Shown here: in pieces, positions 17,255 through 24,000 of the stretch | How positions within the stretch are numbered: the first letter of the stretch is position 1 | Layout: each line of letters opens with the position of its first letter | From: Clostridium zeae | GTDB lineage: Bacteria; Bacillota; Clostridia; Clostridiales; Clostridiaceae | Direction: 5' to 3' | Assembly (NCBI RefSeq): GCF_017312485.1 | Contig: NZ_BMBA01000001.1 | Span: 672,396-696,395, forward strand | DNA length: 24,000 bases | Position numbers and translations under genes: made by a program | The notes under the pieces: model-generated | Databases searched by the model: none | What the model saw: only the letters and a program-made list of their open reading frames with translations | Told to the model about the DNA's origin: nothing

Positions 17255-18829
17255 TTACTTATAATATCTCTTTATTAAACTAACTTCATTATCGCAATTA
17301 TTCTCAATTAATAGCTTAATTAATTTTTCCCTATCATAATAAACATCTAATTTACTCGATTTAAATTTGTTCATCATATTCATTTTTTCTATAGCTGCAT
17401 TTTCTATTTTGCCTGTAGTTATATAGCAAGCCCTGATTTTTCTATCAGAATCATGTAACTTTTCTAAAGCTTTATTTAAAGTGTGTGAGAAAAACCACTT
17501 TATAGTATACTTTTCCGGTCTTTTCTTATCTTCTACGAATTTTCCAAGCTTTATTATATTATCTTTCTTTCGCCCCTTTAACTCACATATAATCTTTTCA
17601 TCATCTGTTTCTATTATATAATCGTATTCAAATGTATACCTTTCTCCATTCTCAGTATAATTTAATACGTAATTTTGTCTTATAATACTGCCTTTAAATA
17701 TCTTAGCAAAAACCTTGTACATCAATGCCTCAAAGAAAACGCCTTTCAAATTTTGCAAATTTTCTTCCTGACCTGTGATTGCCAATGTTTCTAATGAGTT
17801 CGCTATTATATCAGTTACATCATTATAGTCTTTAAACTTTTCTCCATATATATCTGAAAATGATATTATTTTTAAGTCATCTAAAATATGTACTATCTTA
17901 TCTCCAAAGATAACCTTTATATCAAAACATAATATGTTTAATTTCTTAATCTCTTTTTTTATTTCTTTAGATATATTTGATGAAAAAATTATAGGTATTA
18001 TTCTTCTCTTATTATTTTTAACACTGTTCCTGAAAATTTGAAGCCTTTCATAGAATCCTTTTAAATCATCAATAGTATAATCCCTAGTAATACATATATC
18101 TATAAAAACAAATGATTTGCTATCTTTTTCTTTATTAACAATATTATCATTAAATCCAACAGTTCCAGTAAATGCGCATGCATCCCATACTAATTTACTA
18201 CTCACAATACCATTACATGGTGTGTTTTTATTTCTATATAAAACATCTTCGCTGTCTATAATATTATTTTTTTGTAACCACACCAAAACCATTGGAAGGA
18301 ATGTACACTCTATTTTCATACTTGAATAATAGTTTTTCATGTAATTTATATTTCTACCTTCGGAATTTACTTCCGCAATATATTTAACTCCCTGGTCATC
18401 GATTGTCTGTACATTCTTAAGCTTATTTAGTATTTCTAATATATCTCCAAACTGAGTTATTTTTGAATTGGTTTTCTCAGTTGTGCACGCAGCTATTTTA
18501 TATATCTCAAAGTACGAAATTATTCCTTTATTATCTTCAAACCTATTTAAAACCCTATATATATTAGGTCTAGTATCTCTAAATTTATCTCTAATTATAT
18601 TTTCGCTTATCTCATAGTTCTTTCCCCAATATAAATATTGTCCTTTACCGAATGTAATTTCTTTATTGGTTTGTATAATAGATGATTTGACTGCTAATTC
18701 AATAAGTTTTCTAGCATAACTATCTTTACAGTTAAACTTTTCTATTAGCTTGTCCTTAACTTCCCCACCCAGAAGGTAATTCTTTTCTGTATTAAATAAT
18801 TCATTTAGATATGATTCATACTTATTCAT
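17255..18829 (-). CDS. Hypothetical protein with a C-terminal Mrr-catalytic-like PD-(D/E)xK nuclease domain and a large unassigned N-terminal region
   Basis: 524 aa with an AGGAGAGAG RBS. The C-terminal ~150 aa follow the Mrr_cat order: FFEALMYKVF (E helix), EYDYII (D), IICELKGRK (ExK), ACYITTGKIENAA, VYYDREKLIKLL. The N-terminal ~370 aa may contain winged-helix-like modules but show no motif I can name. Confidence 0.7.
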   Translation of the reverse strand: MNKYESYLNELFNTEKNYLLGGEVKDKLIEKFNCKDSYARKLIELAVKSSIIQTNKEITFGKGQYLYWGKNYEISENIIRDKFRDTRPNIYRVLNRFEDNKGIISYFEIYKIAACTTEKTNSKITQFGDILEILNKLKNVQTIDDQGVKYIAEVNSEGRNINYMKNYYSSMKIECTFLPMVLVWLQKNNIIDSEDVLYRNKNTPCNGIVSSKLVWDACAFTGTVGFNDNIVNKEKDSKSFVFIDICITRDYTIDDLKGFYERLQIFRNSVKNNKRRIIPIIFSSNISKEIKKEIKKLNILCFDIKVIFGDKIVHILDDLKIISFSDIYGEKFKDYNDVTDIIANSLETLAITGQEENLQNLKGVFFEALMYKVFAKIFKGSIIRQNYVLNYTENGERYTFEYDYIIETDDEKIICELKGRKKDNIIKLGKFVEDKKRPEKYTIKWFFSHTLNKALEKLHDSDRKIRACYITTGKIENAAIEKMNMMNKFKSSKLDVYYDREKLIKLLIENNCDNEVSLIKRYYK

Positions 18830-18870
18830 ACTCTCTCCTATTAAAAATTCACACTGCCCTTATAAATTAA

Positions 18871-18899
18871 TTAATATTTTTTATTTAGAGACATCTCAA
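18871..18899 (-). promoter_or_regulatory. Putative promoter of the three-gene Mrr-like/McrB-like/McrC-like operon
   Basis: The minus strand reads TTGAGA (18899-18894), a 17-nt spacer, then TATTAA (18876-18871), ~35 nt upstream of the RBS. Both hexamers are imperfect. Confidence 0.35.
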
Positions 18900-19047
18900 T
18901 ATTAACTTTAAGTATTTTCAATTCATACTATTTTATTGATAATACTTAGATAAAGCCATTCGTATCACTTACTTTTAATACTTAACCCATAAGAACATAA
19001 AAGTAACTTTAAACATTAATTCTTTACACAAACTTAATAAATAATCA

Positions 19048-22000
19048 TCACAATATACTCTTATTAGCCCCCACCACAAACCTAGGAGGCATCTCCTCAT
19101 TCAATCTCCACACAATACTCATTGGCTTTTCACCACTATGACTTACATACTCACAGGTTCCAAGGAATATAAATGGTGAAGTATAGCCATTTGAAGTTTT
19201 GTATTCTCTTGCAAATAGTGCAATTGAGTTTCCTGTTCTTCTATGATTTATATATCTTTGTCCTGTGACACTTTTCTCTACGGTTTTGCTTTGAGACTGC
19301 CAGTGAAAGAGTTTTTCGTTTATGGCATAATCCTCATATAAGGTGGATGGTGAAAAGTCCTTATCTGATTTATTTAAGGTTATGAAGAATACATCTAGTT
19401 TATTATCTTCAAAATACTTAACTCCTTCTCTAAAGGATGGACATCTTTCTTCATTAAAGTAACCTAATGATGCTAGTATTTGATTAGTGGTATAGCTGCA
19501 GTGAACATCTAATGGACATGGAAAACTAAAGTCATTTTCTAGGTTCATCATATCCACCTTAGAAAGTTTGTATGTTAAGATATCTATAATTTCCTTTTTA
19601 AAGCTTTCGCAGTTTTTTATATTACTTAGCCCAGCATTAAAGTTATCAAAGCCTTCTTTCTTTGGCTCACTACTATAAAAGGTATAGTAAAGCATTGAGA
19701 GCATTAGCTTTTCTTCATTATTTAGCACTTCTTCGAGCTCATCTTTTAGATATTTAATTATAAAGCCTATAAACTTTAAGGAATCTATATGAAATAAATT
19801 TGGTAGTCTTTTTACTAGCTTAGCTTCATTTTCCAAAGCAAAAGCTTCAGCTACTCCTGCTTCTACAGCCATTCTCATGAAGCTTCTATCACCACTTTTT
19901 CCGTAGAAATCATATAGTGATAAATTATAGTGCTTTAAGAAGTTTGGTAGATTTAGCTCAAATCCAGTATCCTCACTGAAATATTTCATCTTTTCTATGA
20001 GATTTCTTTTACTGTTAGTAGAGGTTTTTATATTCCTCAAAATATAGTCTTTGGCTTGTTTTTCTAGAGCTATAAAGCATCCCTTAGGAACATTTAGAAA
20101 GCCATTTTCCACATAATGAGCTATGGAGTGCTTTGTCTTTCCTATCAAGGCTCTGAACTTTTCTTCAAAGTTATAATTTGCATGTGCCTGACCTACAAAG
20201 TCTAAAACAGTTAGACATTCTTTGCCTTCACTTAGTCTTAAGCCTCTTCCTAGTTGCTGCAAGAATACTGTTAAACTTTCAGTAGGTCTTAAAAATAGAA
20301 CTGTATTTATTTCTGGTATATCTACCCCTTCATTATAAAGATCCACAACAAAGATAAAGTTTATTTCTCCATTTACAAGTCTATGCTTTGCTGTTTCTCT
20401 TTCCTCATCACTTACCCCTGCGTATAATGCTATAGAAGGAATATTTGCTTTATTAAAAGCCTCAGCCATGTACTTAGCATGTTCTATTGAAACACAGAAA
20501 CCAAGTCCTTTTACCTCTTCAATTGAGGTTACATAATCCTTTAGGCTTTTTAAGATCTGATTGGTTCTTATATAGTTTGAAGTATAAACTCCTTCAAGCT
20601 CTTTTATATCATAGCCCTTCCTGCTCCATTTAAGCTTTGAAAGATCTACGTTATCTGTAACACAAAAATATTGAAAAGGACTTAAAAGCTTTCTGTCTAT
20701 AGCTTCTGTAAGTCTCATCTCTGCTGCAATTCTATCATCAAAATGCTCTAGAACATTTTTACCATCCATTCTCTCTGGAGTAGCTGTTAAGCCTAAAAGT
20801 ATCTTAGGATTATAGTAATCTAATAAAGTTACATAAGAAGGTGCAGCTGCATGGTGAAATTCATCCACTATTATAAAATCATAAAAATCACTTGAAGTAT
20901 TTTCATATAATTTCTTAGAATTAAAGCTTTGAATACTTATAAATAAATGATCTAAGCTTTCTGCTCTGCTTCCAGCAACTAATAATTCTCCAAAGTTAAA
21001 ATCCTTTAAAACAGCTCTAAAAGTTGTTAAGCTTTGCTCTAGTATTTCTTCTCTATGAGCAACGAAAAGTAATCTTCCGCTGCCTTTATTATTTCTCAAA
21101 AATCTTTTGTAATCAAAAGCTGAAATTATGGTCTTTCCAACTCCTGTAGCAGCTACTAGAAGATTTTTATTCCTATAAAAGATTTCTCTTTCCACCTGAA
21201 GCTTTTCAAGGATTTCCTTTTGATAAAAGTATGGAGTTATATCCAAGTTAAAATTTATATCGTTCTGGGCAATATCTTTTTTACTACTAAGGGCCTTATG
21301 TAATCTTACTGCCTCCTGCTCATCTTCCCCATTAAAGCTTACAAACTCCTTGTCGTTCCAATAACTTTCAAAGGTTGCTTCAAACTTCTTTATGATATCG
21401 AAGGAATCCTTTTCTGTGACCTTTAGATTCCACTCAAGTCCAGAGGTTAAGGCTGGATTTGATATATTGGAAGAACCTATATAAGCTGTTGAAAAGCCAG
21501 TTTCCCTTTTGAAAAGATAGGCCTTTGCATGAAGTCTTGTTCTTTCTACATCATAACTAACTTTTATCTCAGTGTTTTGAAGTTTGCTAAGCTCCATAAT
21601 AGCCTTAAAGTCTGTAGCTTCCATATAAGAGGTAGTTATTACTCTTAGCCTTGTACCTTCTCTATTAGTAAATTCCTTTAGCTGCTCAATAATGCATCTA
21701 AGTCCACTCCATTTTATAAAGGAAACTAACATATCAATACTATCTGAACTTAAAATCTCCTTTTGTAGCTCAGACATCATGTTAGGTTCATAATGAGAGC
21801 CTGTAAATAGCGAACTTTCAGACAAAGGCGTTGCTGGTCTTACATCCTCCACTTTTCTAAGAGCTCTAACACTATTAAGCTTAGAATAAACTGAAGTTAA
21901 AACTTCTCCTTCTTCTGAAAGCTTTAACTTTTCAAACTCATCATCCTCTAGGTTCTGAGCTAAGATCTCAATTATCTCATTGCAGGTTTTAATCTGTTTA

Positions 22001-22215
22001 AGTAATGCTTCCTTGCTTTCATTTGCACTGAAATCATCTCTTATATATCTCAAAGCCTTTCTAGTTACCGCTGATATATAACTAGAAAGACGTTTTCTTG
22101 CCTCTTCCACATCTATTTTTTCCTTAGAGATATCATACTTACCATCTTCTAAGGCATCTAAATCACCTTCTAGCTTTTCGCTTATTAATTCTTCATAAAG
22201 TCCTTCTTTTATCAT
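19048..22215 (-). CDS. SauUSI-like type IV (modification-dependent) restriction enzyme: PLD nuclease + SF2 helicase + DUF3427
   Basis: 1055 aa with a GAGGAGG RBS. HKD motif RLHAKAYLF...YIGSSNIS. Helicase motifs LLVAATGVGKT, IIVDEFHHAAA, GLTATPER and QQLGRGLR. The C-terminal block (LFHWQSQSKT...IALFAREYK...PFIFLGTCEYVSHSGEKPMSIVWRLNEEMP) is typical of DUF3427. The domain order matches S. aureus SauUSI. Confidence 0.88.
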   Translation of the reverse strand: MIKEGLYEELISEKLEGDLDALEDGKYDISKEKIDVEEARKRLSSYISAVTRKALRYIRDDFSANESKEALLKQIKTCNEIIEILAQNLEDDEFEKLKLSEEGEVLTSVYSKLNSVRALRKVEDVRPATPLSESSLFTGSHYEPNMMSELQKEILSSDSIDMLVSFIKWSGLRCIIEQLKEFTNREGTRLRVITTSYMEATDFKAIMELSKLQNTEIKVSYDVERTRLHAKAYLFKRETGFSTAYIGSSNISNPALTSGLEWNLKVTEKDSFDIIKKFEATFESYWNDKEFVSFNGEDEQEAVRLHKALSSKKDIAQNDINFNLDITPYFYQKEILEKLQVEREIFYRNKNLLVAATGVGKTIISAFDYKRFLRNNKGSGRLLFVAHREEILEQSLTTFRAVLKDFNFGELLVAGSRAESLDHLFISIQSFNSKKLYENTSSDFYDFIIVDEFHHAAAPSYVTLLDYYNPKILLGLTATPERMDGKNVLEHFDDRIAAEMRLTEAIDRKLLSPFQYFCVTDNVDLSKLKWSRKGYDIKELEGVYTSNYIRTNQILKSLKDYVTSIEEVKGLGFCVSIEHAKYMAEAFNKANIPSIALYAGVSDEERETAKHRLVNGEINFIFVVDLYNEGVDIPEINTVLFLRPTESLTVFLQQLGRGLRLSEGKECLTVLDFVGQAHANYNFEEKFRALIGKTKHSIAHYVENGFLNVPKGCFIALEKQAKDYILRNIKTSTNSKRNLIEKMKYFSEDTGFELNLPNFLKHYNLSLYDFYGKSGDRSFMRMAVEAGVAEAFALENEAKLVKRLPNLFHIDSLKFIGFIIKYLKDELEEVLNNEEKLMLSMLYYTFYSSEPKKEGFDNFNAGLSNIKNCESFKKEIIDILTYKLSKVDMMNLENDFSFPCPLDVHCSYTTNQILASLGYFNEERCPSFREGVKYFEDNKLDVFFITLNKSDKDFSPSTLYEDYAINEKLFHWQSQSKTVEKSVTGQRYINHRRTGNSIALFAREYKTSNGYTSPFIFLGTCEYVSHSGEKPMSIVWRLNEEMPPRFVVGANKSIL

Positions 22216-22410
22216 GGAGACACCTCCTCATCTATATATAACTGTATTACTTTTTAATAAAATCTGAATTTATAATTAAATTACCGATAATAGTTAGCAA
22301 TTTTACTATATAAGTTTTATTAGATAGAGCTTGGGTATTTATTGCTAATTCAATTTTAGCAAAATTAGACATAATATACCATAGTTATAGAAGTGTAAGT
22401 TTTTGTGTAT

Positions 22411-22442
22411 AAAAAAATCACTGGCTTTTATTTACCAGTGAT
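22411..22442 (-). terminator. Rho-independent terminator after hepT
   Basis: The minus strand reads ATCACTGG, a 10-nt loop, CCAGTGAT, then TTTTTT. The stem is a perfect 8 bp (22417-24 with 22435-42). It lies 38 nt downstream of the hepT stop. Confidence 0.7.
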
Positions 22443-22479
22443 TGAACATTCTATTTTAAGATTGAGTTTGATAACTTTT

Positions 22480-22917
22480 TTATAAATCAGCCGTGCTATT
22501 TCCCAAAGTATTTGCTATACATCCTATAAATCTTTCAAAATCAACAATATTATTCTGAACAATATCATATATCATTTCGTCACTTATATTAAAATACATA
22601 TGAACTATTCTATTTCTAAATTTCGCCATATTAAAATACACTGCTACATCTTTAATATCTATGACTCCATTATCAGCTAATATTTGAAAATGGTCTTTAT
22701 TATCCTTTGGCTTTCCCCATCTATTTCTTGCAATTAAATGACTAGAAATATCTAGCATTGCTTCTATACTCACTTGTAATAGATATTTAGCACTATCTAC
22801 TTTTGTGAAATCATCTATGAATTCATCTTTATTAATTGATTGCAATTTTCTTAACTTATTTAAGCATGTATTCATAAATACTAATTTTTGATCTATCTTA
22901 TTTTTATCAAATTCCAT
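22480..22917 (-). CDS. hepT: HepT-family HEPN (DUF86) RNase toxin
   Basis: Rx4HxY HEPN motif in FRNRIVHMY. It sits directly downstream of the nucleotidyltransferase gene. I prefer ATG 22917 (MEFDKNK...), which overlaps the mntA stop by 11 nt and has AGGAG 11 nt upstream. The ORF-track start at 22950 lacks an RBS. Confidence 0.85.
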   Translation of the reverse strand: MEFDKNKIDQKLVFMNTCLNKLRKLQSINKDEFIDDFTKVDSAKYLLQVSIEAMLDISSHLIARNRWGKPKDNKDHFQILADNGVIDIKDVAVYFNMAKFRNRIVHMYFNISDEMIYDIVQNNIVDFERFIGCIANTLGNSTADL

Positions 22918-23335
22918 TAATCTCTTTACTCCTAACCCCATAACTTTCATAAAAATCTTGCATAAATCTATCTAAATAGTATTTCTCATCTCTATATCTA
23001 TTAAAAATCTCCTCCATAAAATCACAGACTTTATAATAATCTTTCTCGTAAAGGCTTTTTCCTTCATCTATAACTTTAAATTGTAATGTTATAGGCGCAG
23101 AAAGTAGGTTAATTGTATCAATATTATCAAACTCCACGATTTCACTAATTCTACAGGATATGTCCATCTCATCCATGATCCCAATTTGCTTATCAAATAA
23201 CAATGCTATATCAATATCACTGTCTTCTGTTTGTTTTTCTGTTCCATAAGATCCTATAAACCATGCTGCTAGAATATTATCGTTATTTTTAAAGTAATCT
23301 TTTAAATCGTCTAGTTTTGCATCGATATTAATCAT
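22907..23335 (-). CDS. mntA: MntA-family minimal nucleotidyltransferase antitoxin
   Basis: Pol-beta-type NTase motif GSYGTEKQTEDSDIDIALLF (GS...DxD). 142 aa with a GGAGGAG RBS, paired with hepT. Confidence 0.85.
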   Translation of the reverse strand: MINIDAKLDDLKDYFKNNDNILAAWFIGSYGTEKQTEDSDIDIALLFDKQIGIMDEMDISCRISEIVEFDNIDTINLLSAPITLQFKVIDEGKSLYEKDYYKVCDFMEEIFNRYRDEKYYLDRFMQDFYESYGVRSKEINGI

Positions 23336-23398
23336 AAAATTCTCCTCCTTTCCAAGGTTCTCCTATTTTTATATGCTAAAAATATCTTATTTACATTA

Positions 23399-23427
23399 AT
23401 TATACCCTAAATTCAGATTTCTTAAAA
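23399..23427 (-). promoter_or_regulatory. Putative mntA-hepT promoter
   Basis: A perfect TATAAT sits on the minus strand (23404-23399). With a 17-nt spacer the -35 is only a weak TTTTAA (23427-23422). The site is ~60 nt upstream of the mntA ATG. Confidence 0.3.
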
Positions 23428-23492
23428 TATAGTTACCCAACTGATGATAAAAATTTTGTTTTTAAGTTAATTATTATGTACTTTTACTTTAA

Positions 23493-24000
23493 CTATACCT
23501 CTGAAGTAAATCTGCACTTTGGATAAGCACTACAGCCTTTAAACTTGCCATATTTTCCATTTCTAACTACTAACTGCGCGCCACATTTTGGACAGATATC
23601 TTTGCTGACTTTGTTATTATTTTCAGATACATTTTTACGGATAGCTTGTACATGTGCTTTTCTATTATCTTTACTGTCCACATTTAAGCCAATCAGTTTA
23701 TTGTATATTTGCTCTTTCATCGTATTTGTTATAGTTTCATCTTTATACGCTTTTATGGTTTTAGGTAAGTTAATAGTATACACAACTGGTGTTTTTGTTT
23801 TTACTTTTAAATCTGCTTTTGTAGTAAAGGTTACTATTGGAATATAATTAATTTCCTTGAATTCAGCCAGTGTCTCCTTCAAAGCTTGCACATGCCCATA
23901 ATTCTGCTTTATTGGATTATGTAAGAATTCTCTTCGTTTATATATTGTTTGTCTCCATTTATCATCAAACTCATTTCCAGTAATCCATCCCTTATAGTTC
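23493..24000 (-). CDS. NERD-domain protein with a C-terminal topoisomerase-type C4 zinc ribbon (5' end outside the window)
   Basis: The C-terminus CPKCGAQLVVRNGKYGKFKGCSAYPKCRF is a zf-C4-topoisomerase pattern. The ORF-track start at 23891 is an internal GTG. The frame stays open to 24000, reading ...NYKGWITGNEFDDKWRQTIYKRREFLHNPIKQNYGHVQALKE, which matches the NERD core (GxIxG...W.Q...NP..QN..H). Confidence 0.85.
   Translation of the reverse strand, partial: NYKGWITGNEFDDKWRQTIYKRREFLHNPIKQNYGHVQALKETLAEFKEINYIPIVTFTTKADLKVKTKTPVVYTINLPKTIKAYKDETITNTMKEQIYNKLIGLNVDSKDNRKAHVQAIRKNVSENNNKVSKDICPKCGAQLVVRNGKYGKFKGCSAYPKCRFTSEV

Noticed and set aside
19048-22215. Calling the PLD + helicase protein type II Mokosh
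   Set aside because: The helicase motifs are SF2/ResIII-like (DEFH, TATP, QxxGRxxR) rather than Mov10-like SF1. The C-terminus also looks like DUF3427, which fits the SauUSI type IV architecture better.
350-23847. All plus-strand ORFs in the track (350-583, 3590-3925, 4591-4773, 5060-5287, 5773-6159, 10257-10516, 10695-10877, 11531-11794, 12730-13008, 13184-13384, 13891-14136, 16608-16814, 18117-18329, 23545-23847)
   Set aside because: Each lies antisense inside a long, motif-supported minus-strand gene. Their low-complexity Leu/Ser/Phe/Ile-rich translations are typical of shadow frames in AT-rich DNA. I saw no RBS and no recognisable motif in any of them.
23493-23891. Treating the 132-aa ORF as a complete small Zn-ribbon gene
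   Set aside because: Its track start is an internal GTG. The same frame continues without a stop to 24000 and encodes NERD-domain motifs, so the gene is 5'-truncated by the window edge.
1-24000. CRISPR arrays, tRNA/rRNA genes, IS elements, integrases and prophage structural genes
   Set aside because: I saw no regularly spaced direct repeats, no GC-rich structured RNA-like segments in the short intergenic regions, and no transposase or recombinase motifs in any ORF.

Overview
Visibly AT-rich, low-GC Firmicute (Clostridium-like) DNA. All 16 credible protein-coding genes are on the minus strand with GGAGG-type RBSs, and almost all encode nucleic-acid-targeting immunity functions, so the window reads as one continuous defence island. 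In transcription order (right to left): (1) a 5'-truncated NERD + topoisomerase-type Zn-ribbon protein; (2) an MntA/HepT toxin-antitoxin pair; (3) a SauUSI-like PLD nuclease / SF2 helicase / DUF3427 type IV restriction enzyme; (4) a three-gene operon with a promoter-like element at one end and a rho-independent terminator at the other, encoding a 524-aa protein with an Mrr-catalytic-like C-terminus, a McrB-like AAA+ GTPase and a DUF2357/McrC-like nuclease; (5) a six-gene operon driven by a near-consensus TTGACT-N17-TATAAT promoter: XRE-HTH protein, small PBECR-like protein, hsdM, DUF1016/YhcG nuclease, hsdS, hsdR; (6) a cassette of a Zn-ribbon protein of unknown family plus a short SIR2_2-type protein, followed by a GIY-YIG + DUF2075 (Schlafen-like) ATPase. 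I found no rRNA, tRNA, CRISPR array, transposase or integrase. The best candidates for undescribed systems are the Zn-ribbon + SIR2 cassette (2066-4488, possibly including 337-1965), the three-gene Mrr-like/McrB-like/McrC-like operon (13051-18899), and the HTH + PBECR-like pair wired into the type I R-M operon (11802-12917). All family assignments come from motif reading by eye and need HMM or structure confirmation.
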